Shown here: positions 7,891 through 17,031 of the stretch, in pieces | Position numbering within the stretch: the stretch's first letter is position 1 | How the letters are laid out: each line of letters begins with the position of its first letter | Origin: an uncultured Clostridia bacterium | Lineage (GTDB): Bacteria > Bacillota > Clostridia > Christensenellales > UBA1242 | DNA: 33,812 bases | Direction of reading: 5' to 3' | Assembly (NCBI GenBank): GCA_944381195.1 | Contig: CALWKH010000003.1 | Span: 1-33,812 of the forward strand | Translations under genes and position numbers: made by a program | Notes under the pieces: model-generated | What the model was told of the DNA's origin: nothing | What the model saw: the letters and a program-made list of their open reading frames with translations, nothing else | Databases searched by the model: none

Positions 7891-10152
7891 TTATTTTTTA
7901 CCTGCATTTGTGATTTCATATAGAACTGTTGAAAAGAAACGCTCATTAACAGAACCAATATCCAGTGCATTTTTCTTGTTTGTGATGAAGTTATTTCCAG
8001 TTTTTATCACATCATCCAAACGATAAAAACGAAGTTCCTCTAGACTTGTGCTTCCATCATGCATATTTTGATATGCCTTTGAGGAAAAATCTAGTTCAGC
8101 AAGCAGTTGAAGGTCGTTATTTATCTTCTGCAAACTGGAAAAATAGCCGTTCATTGTTGGTCTTGCATATCTCCAACCAAATTTTTCCATTCGCTCAAAA
8201 AATGTTTGACTGTTAACAAAAAACCCATTAAATCTGCTCACAACCGATGAATATGCATCAAACTTTGATTTTGGGAATACATCTATATATAATTGATTAA
8301 ACGGAGACTGCCTTCCATTAAACATATATGTCCAATCTGGTTCACTGAATTCAACAGGGTGGAAAATTCCAATTTGATAGTTGGTTGTTTTGTCAGACTG
8401 AACAGACATCAAGTTCACAAAACCATTATCTTCAATTTTAAACACACTTATGAGAGCATTTTCAACATATTTCCCCCATAAAAGTTTTCGTGCAAGAAAA
8501 TTCATTAAAGGATTCTTTATTATAAAATCATCAAAGTCTTGCTTCGACCACAGCCTTCCACTTATCATTGCGTTTTCAAGCCTTTTTGATTGTCTGGTGA
8601 TTTCACGCTCTAGTTTCTTTTTCTCAACCAGTGCATTTTTTGTTATTTCTGCACCACTTGGCTGAATCTCTACCTCAAAATTTGGCTTGATAACAATGGT
8701 GCAATTATCAACATCAAGTGCACTATCTTTAAGACTGAAATATGGCACCATTTTATCTTTTAAGGCTTCAATCTCCATTGGAGTTAACTCTTCTGTTTCT
8801 ATAAATCCCTTTAAAAGTGCATTTAAAATCAGTCTATGTTCAAATTCAAGCGGATTTAATTCTTTGAAAAGCTCTAAACTTTCTGCTTTCTGCTCTTTAA
8901 CAAAAATTCTAACAAATTTATCTATATTTTGCGAAGAGTTCTTCTTGTTTTCAATCATTTTAAGCAAAACGGTCAATGCTCCATTTGGTGCAATATTTTG
9001 GGCAACTAGACAAAAAATCCAATCTTTTTTGTCATCTTTTTGTGGTTTTATTATTTGGGAAGAAAGTTCCAAGCAAAAATTATTCAAACTTTTTGGTTCA
9101 AAAAATGATTTTAGATAGTTATTTTCAAAACAAGCATTTGTTGAATATAAATTTTGATATAGATTTATAATATATTTAACAACTTGAACACTTGCTTTTT
9201 CATTATTATAAAAAATCAGTTCTGGCAAAGAAGAAACATCAAAACTGCACTCCTTTTCATCAAAGCGTTGAGCGTTTTTCTTAAATTGAGCAAAATTTGG
9301 CTTATTAGAAGCGGAAAGTCTAACATTGTCTGCAATAAGTTTTTTCAACCCTTTATCTTTTTCATGATAATATATGTTTTGCAGTGCTGAAACAACCTCT
9401 TTTTGATTCTTAAAAAGCAAAAGCAATTTTATCACAATTTCAACGCTTAAATTGCCATTTTTTTGTTGCTGATTAAGATATTCTTTCACTTCAGCGTAGT
9501 GCTGTTTTAAAATGTTTTTTACCTGCCTTTCCTCTTTGAAAGAATGGTATAAATAAAGTTTGATAAGCTCATTGATTGCAGAAGGAACAGAGTTATCAAT
9601 TAAAAATTCAAATATCAGCATACCATAGGAAGAAAAGTTATCATAGGCAAACTTATAGAATTTCTTTTCATCCTTTTGGCACAAATCAAGCAAATAGTCT
9701 CTTGTTGGACGATACCACTTGTGCAAAATTGATGTGTTATTTGAGCCAAGAATGGCAAGCAGAAAATCACTCCACTTTGCAAAAGGCAAATTGGCAAAGA
9801 TTATGCTTTCCATGAAACGGTCAAAATTCCTTTCTGTTATATCAAAATCTTTTTGATTTCTGCTGGCAAAAACTACTTTTCCAATATGGGAAACAAAAAG
9901 TTTGCCAAAAAAAGTGATAAGTGCAGAATATTTTTTATGCACAAGCATAAAACTCAAAAAATTTCGCATATAAACAGGTTCTTCACTTGGCAAAAATTCT
10001 GCAAGCAAAGAAAGTTCATTTATACTAAAATCAACATTTGGAATATCATCTGCCTTTTGTGCTGATGAAGACGAAAAGAAATTATAAAGAACATCTCCTT
10101 GTTCTTTGCCCTTGAAACAATCTTTGTAAAACTCTATCAAATTACTATTCAT
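7891..10152 (-). CDS. DUF4132-like domain protein
   Basis: C-terminal RLENAMISGRLWS..F...NPLMNFLARKLLWG, IGIFHPVE, PFNQL and terminal RFFSTVLYEI resemble DUF4132 (YehI/MolR-like) proteins. Confidence 0.7.
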   Translation of the reverse strand: MNSNLIEFYKDCFKGKEQGDVLYNFFSSSSAQKADDIPNVDFSINELSLLAEFLPSEEPVYMRNFLSFMLVHKKYSALITFFGKLFVSHIGKVVFASRNQKDFDITERNFDRFMESIIFANLPFAKWSDFLLAILGSNNTSILHKWYRPTRDYLLDLCQKDEKKFYKFAYDNFSSYGMLIFEFLIDNSVPSAINELIKLYLYHSFKEERQVKNILKQHYAEVKEYLNQQQKNGNLSVEIVIKLLLLFKNQKEVVSALQNIYYHEKDKGLKKLIADNVRLSASNKPNFAQFKKNAQRFDEKECSFDVSSLPELIFYNNEKASVQVVKYIINLYQNLYSTNACFENNYLKSFFEPKSLNNFCLELSSQIIKPQKDDKKDWIFCLVAQNIAPNGALTVLLKMIENKKNSSQNIDKFVRIFVKEQKAESLELFKELNPLEFEHRLILNALLKGFIETEELTPMEIEALKDKMVPYFSLKDSALDVDNCTIVIKPNFEVEIQPSGAEITKNALVEKKKLEREITRQSKRLENAMISGRLWSKQDFDDFIIKNPLMNFLARKLLWGKYVENALISVFKIEDNGFVNLMSVQSDKTTNYQIGIFHPVEFSEPDWTYMFNGRQSPFNQLYIDVFPKSKFDAYSSVVSRFNGFFVNSQTFFERMEKFGWRYARPTMNGYFSSLQKINNDLQLLAELDFSSKAYQNMHDGSTSLEELRFYRLDDVIKTGNNFITNKKNALDIGSVNERFFSTVLYEITNAGKK

Positions 10153-10181
10153 TTGTTAAACCTTTTTTATTTTCTCTGCTT

Positions 10182-10210
10182 ATTTTAACATAAAATATTT
10201 TTTTGCACAA
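10182..10210 (-). promoter_or_regulatory. possible sigma-A promoter for DUF4132-like gene
   Basis: TTGTGC-17 bp-TAAAAT with extended TG. Confidence 0.45.
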
Positions 10211-10227
10211 TTAAAACAACTAACATT

Positions 10228-11073
10228 TTAACTTAAAATTGTTTTTAATGTGGCACTAGCTGGATATATTTGCACCAATTTTTCCAGTTGATTTTCACTG
10301 ATATAGCCAGACACTGTTAAATCACTTTTCAGCACCCGAAAATTTGTTATGCTGTCTGCCCTGACCTGAGACACAAGTTTATAAAGTGTTGTATCTTCGT
10401 GAACAGCAACTTCCCGCACAACAAGTCCGTTTTTTAGCCCACTTGTTTTGCTGTCTAGAAAACTTGTTTTTTGATAGATGTTGGTTTTATCTTCCCAAAT
10501 AACAGTTAAAAAACAAAAGATAGACATCACAAGCAAATTAAACTTCACAACAAAAAATGTTGTTATAACAAAACTAACCAGCAGAAGAAAAGACACAACA
10601 AGTCCAACTATTTTCAAAATGCCGTATGCCCTTTTCCTTGTTATTTTTTGTCCCAAAAAAGCAAGGGCAATTCTGCCACCATCCATTGGAAAAATTGGAA
10701 GCAAATTTATTGCACCTGTTATCACATTTGCGATGACAAAAACTTCGGTATATACATATGTAACTGGGAATATCCACCAAAGAGCTACACAAAGAATTGC
10801 AAGAATAAAGTTGCAAAGTGGACCAGCAAGTGCAATTAAAATTTCGTCTTTATATGAAAAAAGAACATTTTTTCCGCTTAGACTTATTCCATGTGGCATA
10901 AGCGTGAAACGATTGAGGTGATAGCCCAGCCTGTTTGCAACAAGATAGTGCGCAAACTCATGTAATATTATAGTTATCAAATAGGCAAGCAAAAGTTCAA
11001 ACAGCCCTTGATAGATAAAGACAAACATAAGCAAAATAAAAAGCGGATGAATTGTAAACTTCAACTTTTTCAT
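10228..11073 (-). CDS. spoIVFB: M50 site-2 intramembrane protease, SpoIVFB-like
   Basis: IHPLF N-terminus, HEFAH, IALAGP, NLLPIFPMDGGR, CBS-like C-terminus; downstream of minD/minE. Confidence 0.85.
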   Translation of the reverse strand: MKKLKFTIHPLFILLMFVFIYQGLFELLLAYLITIILHEFAHYLVANRLGYHLNRFTLMPHGISLSGKNVLFSYKDEILIALAGPLCNFILAILCVALWWIFPVTYVYTEVFVIANVITGAINLLPIFPMDGGRIALAFLGQKITRKRAYGILKIVGLVVSFLLLVSFVITTFFVVKFNLLVMSIFCFLTVIWEDKTNIYQKTSFLDSKTSGLKNGLVVREVAVHEDTTLYKLVSQVRADSITNFRVLKSDLTVSGYISENQLEKLVQIYPASATLKTILS

Positions 11074-11319
11074 TTAAACCCCTTTTGGCAATATGCCCAT
11101 TATTTTCAGCCTTTGGCATTTGGCTTTAAGGCGCAAAACATATTCCCCTTTTTCATCAATGCTGATATTAACCAAAACATCGTCTGGAGAAAGTTCCATA
11201 TAATTTGATAAAGATTTAAACATCTCGCTTCTAATTAAATCAGCAAAAAAACTTGGATGAAAATGCTTGTCATTTATCAAAATCTTTTTTAATTTTTCAA
11301 TACCTCGTGTTTTAAACAT
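11074..11319 (-). CDS. minE: MinE-like cell division topological specificity factor
   Basis: 81 aa directly after minD; EKLKKILINDK...IRSEMFKSLSNYMEL resembles MinE ERLKLIL..DR...LK.EI..VISKY; ATG 11319 with ggagg RBS. Confidence 0.6.
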   Translation of the reverse strand: MFKTRGIEKLKKILINDKHFHPSFFADLIRSEMFKSLSNYMELSPDDVLVNISIDEKGEYVLRLKAKCQRLKIMGILPKGV

Positions 11320-11411
11320 ATTTTTCCTCCTTTTATTTTTTAAATTTTGCATATAAAAAACAAATTTTTTTTATAATTTTTTGCTATATTTTTACAAATT
11401 TGACAATCTTA

Positions 11412-12209
11412 TTAAAATCTTCTTTTCAGTTTATTTTTTATTTTTGCAAAAAAGCCTTTATATTTTTGAGTGTAGTCAAACATTTCATTACTTCCGCTAT
11501 GAAGATTATTTGCTAAAACATTAAAGGCACGCTCGCTTTGTTCATCAATTGCAATACCATCTCCATATATGCTTGATGAAGATGAAATTTCATCGCTTTC
11601 GGGAATAATTCCCAATAGTTTTAAATTCAATGATGAGGCAACTTCTTTTGCTTTTAGCATATTATTTGAAAGAACAAGGTCAGCACGAAGCCGATTGCAA
11701 ACCAAAGAAATTTCGTTGAGGTAATAACCATTTAATAAAGATGCCACTTTGTTTGCATCTCGAACAGCAGAAATATGCGGTGTGGTTACAATGATTGCTT
11801 CATTTGCACAAAAAACAGCACGATGAAAACCAAGTTCAATTCCCGCAGGACAATCAATTAGAATATAGTCAAAATTATTAGACAGTCCATTCACCACTGC
11901 CCTTAAAGTGTTTCCGTCAACTTTGCCAACATTATACGAATGAGCGCTTGGCAAAATGTAAAGTGATGGAAAATTTGGATGCTGAACAAGCGCCTGAGTT
12001 GGACGGCATTTGCCCTCTATGATGTCAACAATGTCAAAAACGACCCTGTTTTCAACACCCGAAACAACATCAAGGTTATTAAGACCAATGTCAACATCAA
12101 GAAGCATCACACGAAGCCCTTGCCTTGCAAGAGCTATTCCAAGATTGACGCAAATTGTTGTTTTACCCACTCCACCTTTACCGCTGGTAATAACAATTTT
12201 CCTAGCCAT
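11412..12209 (-). CDS. minD: septum site-determining protein MinD
   Basis: ITSGKGGVGKTT, DVDIGLNNLD, DYILIDCPAGIE; ATG 12209 after gaggtg. Confidence 0.95.
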   Translation of the reverse strand: MARKIVITSGKGGVGKTTICVNLGIALARQGLRVMLLDVDIGLNNLDVVSGVENRVVFDIVDIIEGKCRPTQALVQHPNFPSLYILPSAHSYNVGKVDGNTLRAVVNGLSNNFDYILIDCPAGIELGFHRAVFCANEAIIVTTPHISAVRDANKVASLLNGYYLNEISLVCNRLRADLVLSNNMLKAKEVASSLNLKLLGIIPESDEISSSSSIYGDGIAIDEQSERAFNVLANNLHSGSNEMFDYTQKYKGFFAKIKNKLKRRF

Positions 12210-12453
12210 TTTCACACCTCACAAATAGAATAACATTCAAGTTATAAAAAGTAAAATACTGAAAAAAATTTTTAGACACTCGGCAAAAAAAGTAAAAAAT
12301 CGTTAAATTTTAACTTGATTTATGCTTGTTTAATCTTTTTCGACATTTTTTGATAATTTTCTAATGTTTATAAAAAAAATTTAGCATATTTTTCATTCTT
12401 CATTTAGACAAAATCTTTTGCAAAATATTATAATTAGAAAAAAGGAGGAAAAA

Positions 12454-13020
12454 ATGTTTAGTAATTCACTAACGCAAGAAACCGCTAAAAAATTTCAACC
12501 AACACATCTAGAAAAGCAAAATGAACTTGAAATTGCTTATGAAAAATTAAAAGAAATAGGAAAAAAGCAAATTCAGTTTGAAGAAGATAATGAATTGGAA
12601 TATAAACTTTTATCAAGTGGTCTGTCTTTTTACTACGCATCAGAAGATTGTGTTCGTCAAAGAATGTTTGCATACATTCCACTTCCAATCATCAGTGTTA
12701 CCATTGCAATAAACTATGGCTTTGCGGGAAAATTTCTTTGTGAATATATTTTGGAAAAATTTAACATCACCTATGAAAAAGGGCTTTCTTTGAAAGAACT
12801 ATATTTCAAACTGCCCACAGAAATTCAAAAAAGCATTTCAGACCAATTGTTTTTTGAAACAAACTCTTTAAACGATTTAATTGACCTTTCAAAAATTGCA
12901 GACTACACCACAGACACCAAAAAAGCATTTGAGCACACAAAGTTTTTAATTCCACTTATAAGAAAACTAAAAGATTTTGCCTGGGATATTTCGCAAAACA
13001 ATTTTTTTGTTGATGTTTAG
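12454..13020 (+). CDS. hypothetical protein, possible degenerate HEPN-like fold
   Basis: Strong aaggagg RBS before ATG 12454; NYGFAGKFLCEYIL...KGLSLKELYFKLPTEIQ resembles N-x-AFACEL-x-LK...KGH-x-L-x-x-LF-x-x-LP of HEPN-like proteins. Confidence 0.7.
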   Translation: MFSNSLTQETAKKFQPTHLEKQNELEIAYEKLKEIGKKQIQFEEDNELEYKLLSSGLSFYYASEDCVRQRMFAYIPLPIISVTIAINYGFAGKFLCEYILEKFNITYEKGLSLKELYFKLPTEIQKSISDQLFFETNSLNDLIDLSKIADYTTDTKKAFEHTKFLIPLIRKLKDFAWDISQNNFFVDV

Positions 13021-13075
13021 TTTAAATTTAGATTCATTTTTTGATAAAAATCAAATGAAATATTTTAGAAAATTT

Positions 13076-13105
13076 AAAAACACTTTATTGTATAAAGTGT
13101 TTTTT
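13076..13105. terminator. intrinsic terminator
   Basis: aaaaacactttat/ataaagtgttttt inverted repeat after the 12454-13020 gene. Confidence 0.7.
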
Positions 13106-13492
13106 CATAATAGTTGCCAACAAAAAAACGTGTTCTATTTTAAGTTTTCCACATAATGTTAAAAATTTTTTATAATGTTTAAAAATAAACTGATTTTGCA
13201 TTTAAAAATGTAAAATTGTGCCCACCTCTTTTCATGAATAATATAAACTTTATGTAGAACAAAGATTTCACGCTATTTATCAAACAAGTTACAAAGCAAG
13301 CATATGAGCACATCACTTTCAATATAAAAAAGTTTTTAGATAAAAGAAAAGTTTATCAATTTTAAAAATTAAAGATAGAAGTTAGTTTTAAACGAAAAAT
13401 TTAAAATATCTATGAAAAAATTCTATCTTTTGCTTATGCATTGTTTTATTTTTAAAATACTTAATATTTTTTTATCATTTTTTAAATTTCTC

Positions 13493-13521
13493 TTGCATAT
13501 CAAATTTTTTTGTGATATAAT
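13493..13521 (+). promoter_or_regulatory. sigma-A promoter of tRNA-Lys
   Basis: TTGCAT(13493)-17 bp-TATAAT(13516) with extended TG. Confidence 0.8.
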
Positions 13522-13541
13522 GATATCGTTAACTCCTTTAT

Positions 13542-13617
13542 GGACGTTTAGCTCAGTTGGTAGAGCAACTGACTCTTAATCAGTGGGTCCAGGGTTCGAG
13601 TCCCTGATCGTCCACCA
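13542..13617 (+). tRNA. tRNA-Lys(CUU)
   Basis: 76 nt cloverleaf, D arm GCTC-AGTTGGTA-GAGC, anticodon loop CT-CTT-AA, T loop TTCGAGT, encoded CCA; U6-U67 mismatch in acceptor stem. Confidence 0.97.
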
Positions 13618-13650
13618 GTTGTTTTTTAGGGAAAATGCCCTATTTAAGCC

Positions 13651-13696
13651 AAAAACTCAAGGTTTTGTCATATTTTATTTTGACCTTGGGTTTTTT
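13651..13696 (+). terminator. likely terminator downstream of tRNA
   Basis: aaaaactcaaggtt/gaccttgggttttt stem followed by T tract. Confidence 0.55.
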
Positions 13697-13793
13697 CTTT
13701 TTTATTTAATTTTTATCAAAAAGTTGTGTCAAAGTTGTTTCAAAGTTTAAAATATAGATTATTATATAATTTAAACACATCTTCTTTCACTTT

Positions 13794-13890
13794 GTGCACA
13801 AACATTTATATCTGTTGGTGTGGAAATATAACGTAACTCACATTCGTGCGTGAGCGATTTTAAAGTAGGTCACCCCTACCGCTATACCAA
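13794..13890 (-). ncRNA. candidate structured RNA, copy A (degenerate; strand uncertain)
   Basis: Minus strand gtagg-ggtga-cctac hairpin, tttaaaatc linker, gctcacg/tgtgagt hairpin, tail atataaatgtttgtgcac; shares blocks with 16624-16709. Confidence 0.4.
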
Positions 13891-13918
13891 AAATAAGGAC
13901 ATTTTGTCTTATATATAG

Positions 13919-13945
13919 AAAATCACTAGATAATCTAGTGATTTT
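13919..13945. terminator. perfect inverted repeat / possible terminator
   Basis: aaaatcactaga-taa-tctagtgatttt. Confidence 0.55.
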
Positions 13946-14083
13946 TAATTTTAAGAGCTAACCTCTTTTTATTTTATAATTATAAACTTTTATTTTATTT
14001 ATGTATTATAAACAAAAATATAAGCATATATATTTAAATATAAAATATAAATTATTTATTTTTTTGATAACTTGTAACAAAAT

Positions 14084-14114
14084 AAAATAGTTAGTAAATG
14101 CTAACTATTTTTTT
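14084..14114. terminator. terminator downstream of pgi
   Basis: aaaatagttagt-aaat-gctaactatttt. Confidence 0.6.
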
Positions 14115-14149
14115 ATTTGCACCATGCTTTAGAATTAAATTTGGTTACA

Positions 14150-15448
14150 TTATTTTATGCCTTTATCATTTTTTAGAATTTCTTTCACATTTATTTTTAT
14201 AAGTTCCACACTTGGTTGATTATAAGTGTTTATTTCCATAAGCGCACCAGTGAATGAGGTTTCAAGAAAGAAATACATCATAAGTTCGCCAAAATAGAAT
14301 TCGTTTAACTTTGGCAACATTATTATTTGATTTGGTCTGCCCCTTTCAAAAAGCGCTTTTGCTGTTGAAAGCATGGAGGTGTTAAGCACATGAGAAAGTG
14401 GTTTATTTCTTGCAAAATCTGGCAAATAAGGTGCGTCTGTTGTTTGAAGTTCTTTTTCAAAGTTTTTGACACCGATAAAAGTTATAACTTTATCATATGG
14501 TCCCTCCAAACAAAGTTGAAGTTGGCTGTGCTGGTCAACCGTTCCAAGAGCACGAACAGGTGTTTGCCCAAGGTTAACTGTCTTTCCATTTTCTTGTTTT
14601 TCTTTGCCCAAACTTTCCGCCCAAAGTTGACAATACCACTCTGCAAAAACTGCAAGATTTTCAACATATGGCATCAAAAATGAAATTGATTTTCCATTAT
14701 CCATTGCTATTTTTTGCAAAATAGCACCATAAAGTGCTGGGTTATCAAAAACAGAATTATTTTTGCACATTTCAAGCATGCTTTTTGCACCTTGCAAAAT
14801 TTGCTTGATATCAACGCCGCAAGCACAAACAGGCAAAAGCCCAACAACAGACAAAGCAGAAAATCTTCCACTTAAGTCTTGAGAAAAATAAAATGTTTTA
14901 ATGTTATTTTTATCTGCCCACTCAGCAAGCGCACAATCTTTGCTTGCAGTTATTACACAAAAATTATTTGCAAAACTATTGCCTAATTTGTCCTTTAACA
15001 TTTTTTCCACAATGCTTGTCTGACAAAGAACTTCAAGCGTTCCACCACTTTTTGAAACAACAACAAACATTGTTTTTTCAATTTCTATATCATTTAAAAA
15101 ATCAGCAAATTGCTGTGGGTCAATGCAATCTTTCACAAAAAGTTTTGGCACATTTTTTCCCTTTTTAGCAAATGCCGAATAGATTGCTTTTGTTCCAAGC
15201 GCAGAACCACCAATTCCAAGCACAACAATGTTATCAAATTTTTGAAGGTATTTTGCATAATTTTCAAGTTCACTTGTTTCTTGATTTACAACATCAAAAT
15301 ATGACTGCGTTTCTTTTGACGGATGTGCAATCACCTCATCGTAAGCCTTTTTGATTTTATCTTTATATTCCTCTATTTTCTCCTTTGTTATGTTATTATT
15401 TTGATTATTAATAAACATGTTATCATGATTAAATTCTATTTTGTCCAA
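14150..15448 (-). CDS. pgi: glucose-6-phosphate isomerase
   Basis: VLGIGGSALG, VVSKSGGTLE, SGRFS, QLWAESLGK, DQHSQLQ, YNQPSVE; probable TTG start at 15448 behind aggag (ATG 15478 is an alternative). Confidence 0.95.
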   Translation of the reverse strand: MDKIEFNHDNMFINNQNNNITKEKIEEYKDKIKKAYDEVIAHPSKETQSYFDVVNQETSELENYAKYLQKFDNIVVLGIGGSALGTKAIYSAFAKKGKNVPKLFVKDCIDPQQFADFLNDIEIEKTMFVVVSKSGGTLEVLCQTSIVEKMLKDKLGNSFANNFCVITASKDCALAEWADKNNIKTFYFSQDLSGRFSALSVVGLLPVCACGVDIKQILQGAKSMLEMCKNNSVFDNPALYGAILQKIAMDNGKSISFLMPYVENLAVFAEWYCQLWAESLGKEKQENGKTVNLGQTPVRALGTVDQHSQLQLCLEGPYDKVITFIGVKNFEKELQTTDAPYLPDFARNKPLSHVLNTSMLSTAKALFERGRPNQIIMLPKLNEFYFGELMMYFFLETSFTGALMEINTYNQPSVELIKINVKEILKNDKGIK

Positions 15449-15543
15449 TTTTAAATCTCCTGTTATGTTTAATTTCATTATATTATAGATTATAATTAAA
15501 GTCAAATAGACACAAATATAATTTGAAAAAAATATTATACTTT

Positions 15544-16614
15544 ATGAAAAATTTACAGAAATTTATCGATAAAAATGCACTTTTAAACAATTTTGAAATT
15601 ATAAAAAACGAAAATAAGAACAGTTTAATTTGTTCAATAATAAAAGCCAATGCCTATGGTCACGGTATGAAAGAAGTTATATATGCATTAAATGAAAAAA
15701 CAGATTATTTTGCTGTTTTTACTTTTGATGAGGCAATTAAAGCGAGAAAATATACCACTAAACCAATTTTAACATTGGGAGCCATTGATTTTACACGACT
15801 TAAAAAAATTATTGCTAAAAACATTGAAATTGCCGTCATTTGCAAAAATGACATTGAAAAAATTATAAAAAAAGTGAAAAAAACTGGTCAAAAATGTGCT
15901 ATTCATCTTAAAGTTGATACTGGCATGAACAGACTTGGTATCAAAAACTTTAATGAATTTAAAGATATTTTAAATCTTATTGAAAATTGCGAAAATATTG
16001 TTTTAAAGGGGATTTTCACACATATTGGAAGTGAACAAAACGCAACAAGGCAAATTGACAGATTTAATATTTTTACCAAACAAACTTCTTTGAATCTTTT
16101 AAAACACTATGCCAGTTCAAATATTGCGGTCAGCAATAAACCTATGGATAACAAAAGTATGCTGAGAATTGGCATTGCACTTTATGGTTATGGTAAATTT
16201 AAGAACCTTATGCCAGTGATGAGTGTTTATGCGAAAATTATCAATATAAACCATGTTAAAAAAGGTGAATTTATTGGTTATGGAATAAAACACAAAGCAA
16301 ACAAAAATATGCAAACTGCAACCCTTGCTGTAGGATACGCTGACGGACTTATGCGCTGTTACAACAAAAAAGGCTTTGTTTTAATAGATGGACAAAAATG
16401 CAAAATTGTTGCAGACATTTGCATGGGAATGACTATTGTTGATGTATCAAAAGTTAAAAATATAAGAATTGGCAACTTTGCTGTGATTTTAGGGCAAAGC
16501 GGAAATCAAAGAATAACAGCACAAGACATAGCCAAAAAATGTGGAACAAGTGAATATGAAGTCTTGATAAACTTTTCTGAAATCTCATGCACCAAAAGAA
16601 AACCTGCCACATAG
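15544..16614 (+). CDS. alr: alanine racemase
   Basis: PLP-Lys motif IIKANAYGHG, HLKVDTGMNRLG, RIGIALYG, IGYG, GYADG; start uncertain. Confidence 0.92.
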   Translation: MKNLQKFIDKNALLNNFEIIKNENKNSLICSIIKANAYGHGMKEVIYALNEKTDYFAVFTFDEAIKARKYTTKPILTLGAIDFTRLKKIIAKNIEIAVICKNDIEKIIKKVKKTGQKCAIHLKVDTGMNRLGIKNFNEFKDILNLIENCENIVLKGIFTHIGSEQNATRQIDRFNIFTKQTSLNLLKHYASSNIAVSNKPMDNKSMLRIGIALYGYGKFKNLMPVMSVYAKIININHVKKGEFIGYGIKHKANKNMQTATLAVGYADGLMRCYNKKGFVLIDGQKCKIVADICMGMTIVDVSKVKNIRIGNFAVILGQSGNQRITAQDIAKKCGTSEYEVLINFSEISCTKRKPAT

Positions 16615-16623
16615 AATGATAAT

Positions 16624-16709
16624 GTGAGTGGTAATCACTCACCCTACTAATCGAGACACTGTCTCGTGGCTTTAATGGCAACATTAAGGCATATAGATAA
16701 AGTGTACAC
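16624..16709 (+). ncRNA. candidate structured RNA, copy B (three tandem hairpins)
   Basis: gtgagtg-gtaat-cactcac; cgagac-act-gtctcg; gctttaatg-GCAA-cattaaggc (GNRA loop and G-U pair favour + strand); tail atatagataaagtgtacac, then terminator. Confidence 0.6.
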
Positions 16710-16713
16710 TAAA

Positions 16714-16742
16714 AAAGCAAGAAGGTTGCCCTTCTTGTTTTT
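16714..16742. terminator. intrinsic terminator
   Basis: aaagcaagaagg-ttgc-ccttcttgtttt. Confidence 0.75.
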
Positions 16743-17031
16743 ATTTCAAAGATTTAAAATGGCTTAAAGTCCGCTTGATTTTTTCATATCATATTCACAT
16801 CAATTTTACTCAAAACTTTAAATATGACAGTAAAAACTAAAATTGTAAAAAATAATTTTTTATATTATTTTTTCTTTTTTTATTTTAAACATAAATTTTT
16901 TAAAAGTCCATTATTTGACAAAAATTTTGCAGATAATTTTACTTAATTTATCTTTTTATAACTTAATTCAACAAAGTTTTTGATGCAAAAAAGCAAGTTT
17001 ATAATATATAATTTTTATTAGGGCACGCACC

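Noticed and set aside
13235-13365. Short reading frame MNNINFM*NKDFTLFIKQVTKQAYEH... and a dif-like tract
   Set aside because: Internal stop and no recognisable family; the dif-like match needs an 8-bp spacer and has a poor XerC arm
13542-13617. U6-U67 mismatch as evidence of a pseudo-tRNA
   Set aside because: Single acceptor-stem mismatches are tolerated; promoter, other arms and CCA are intact
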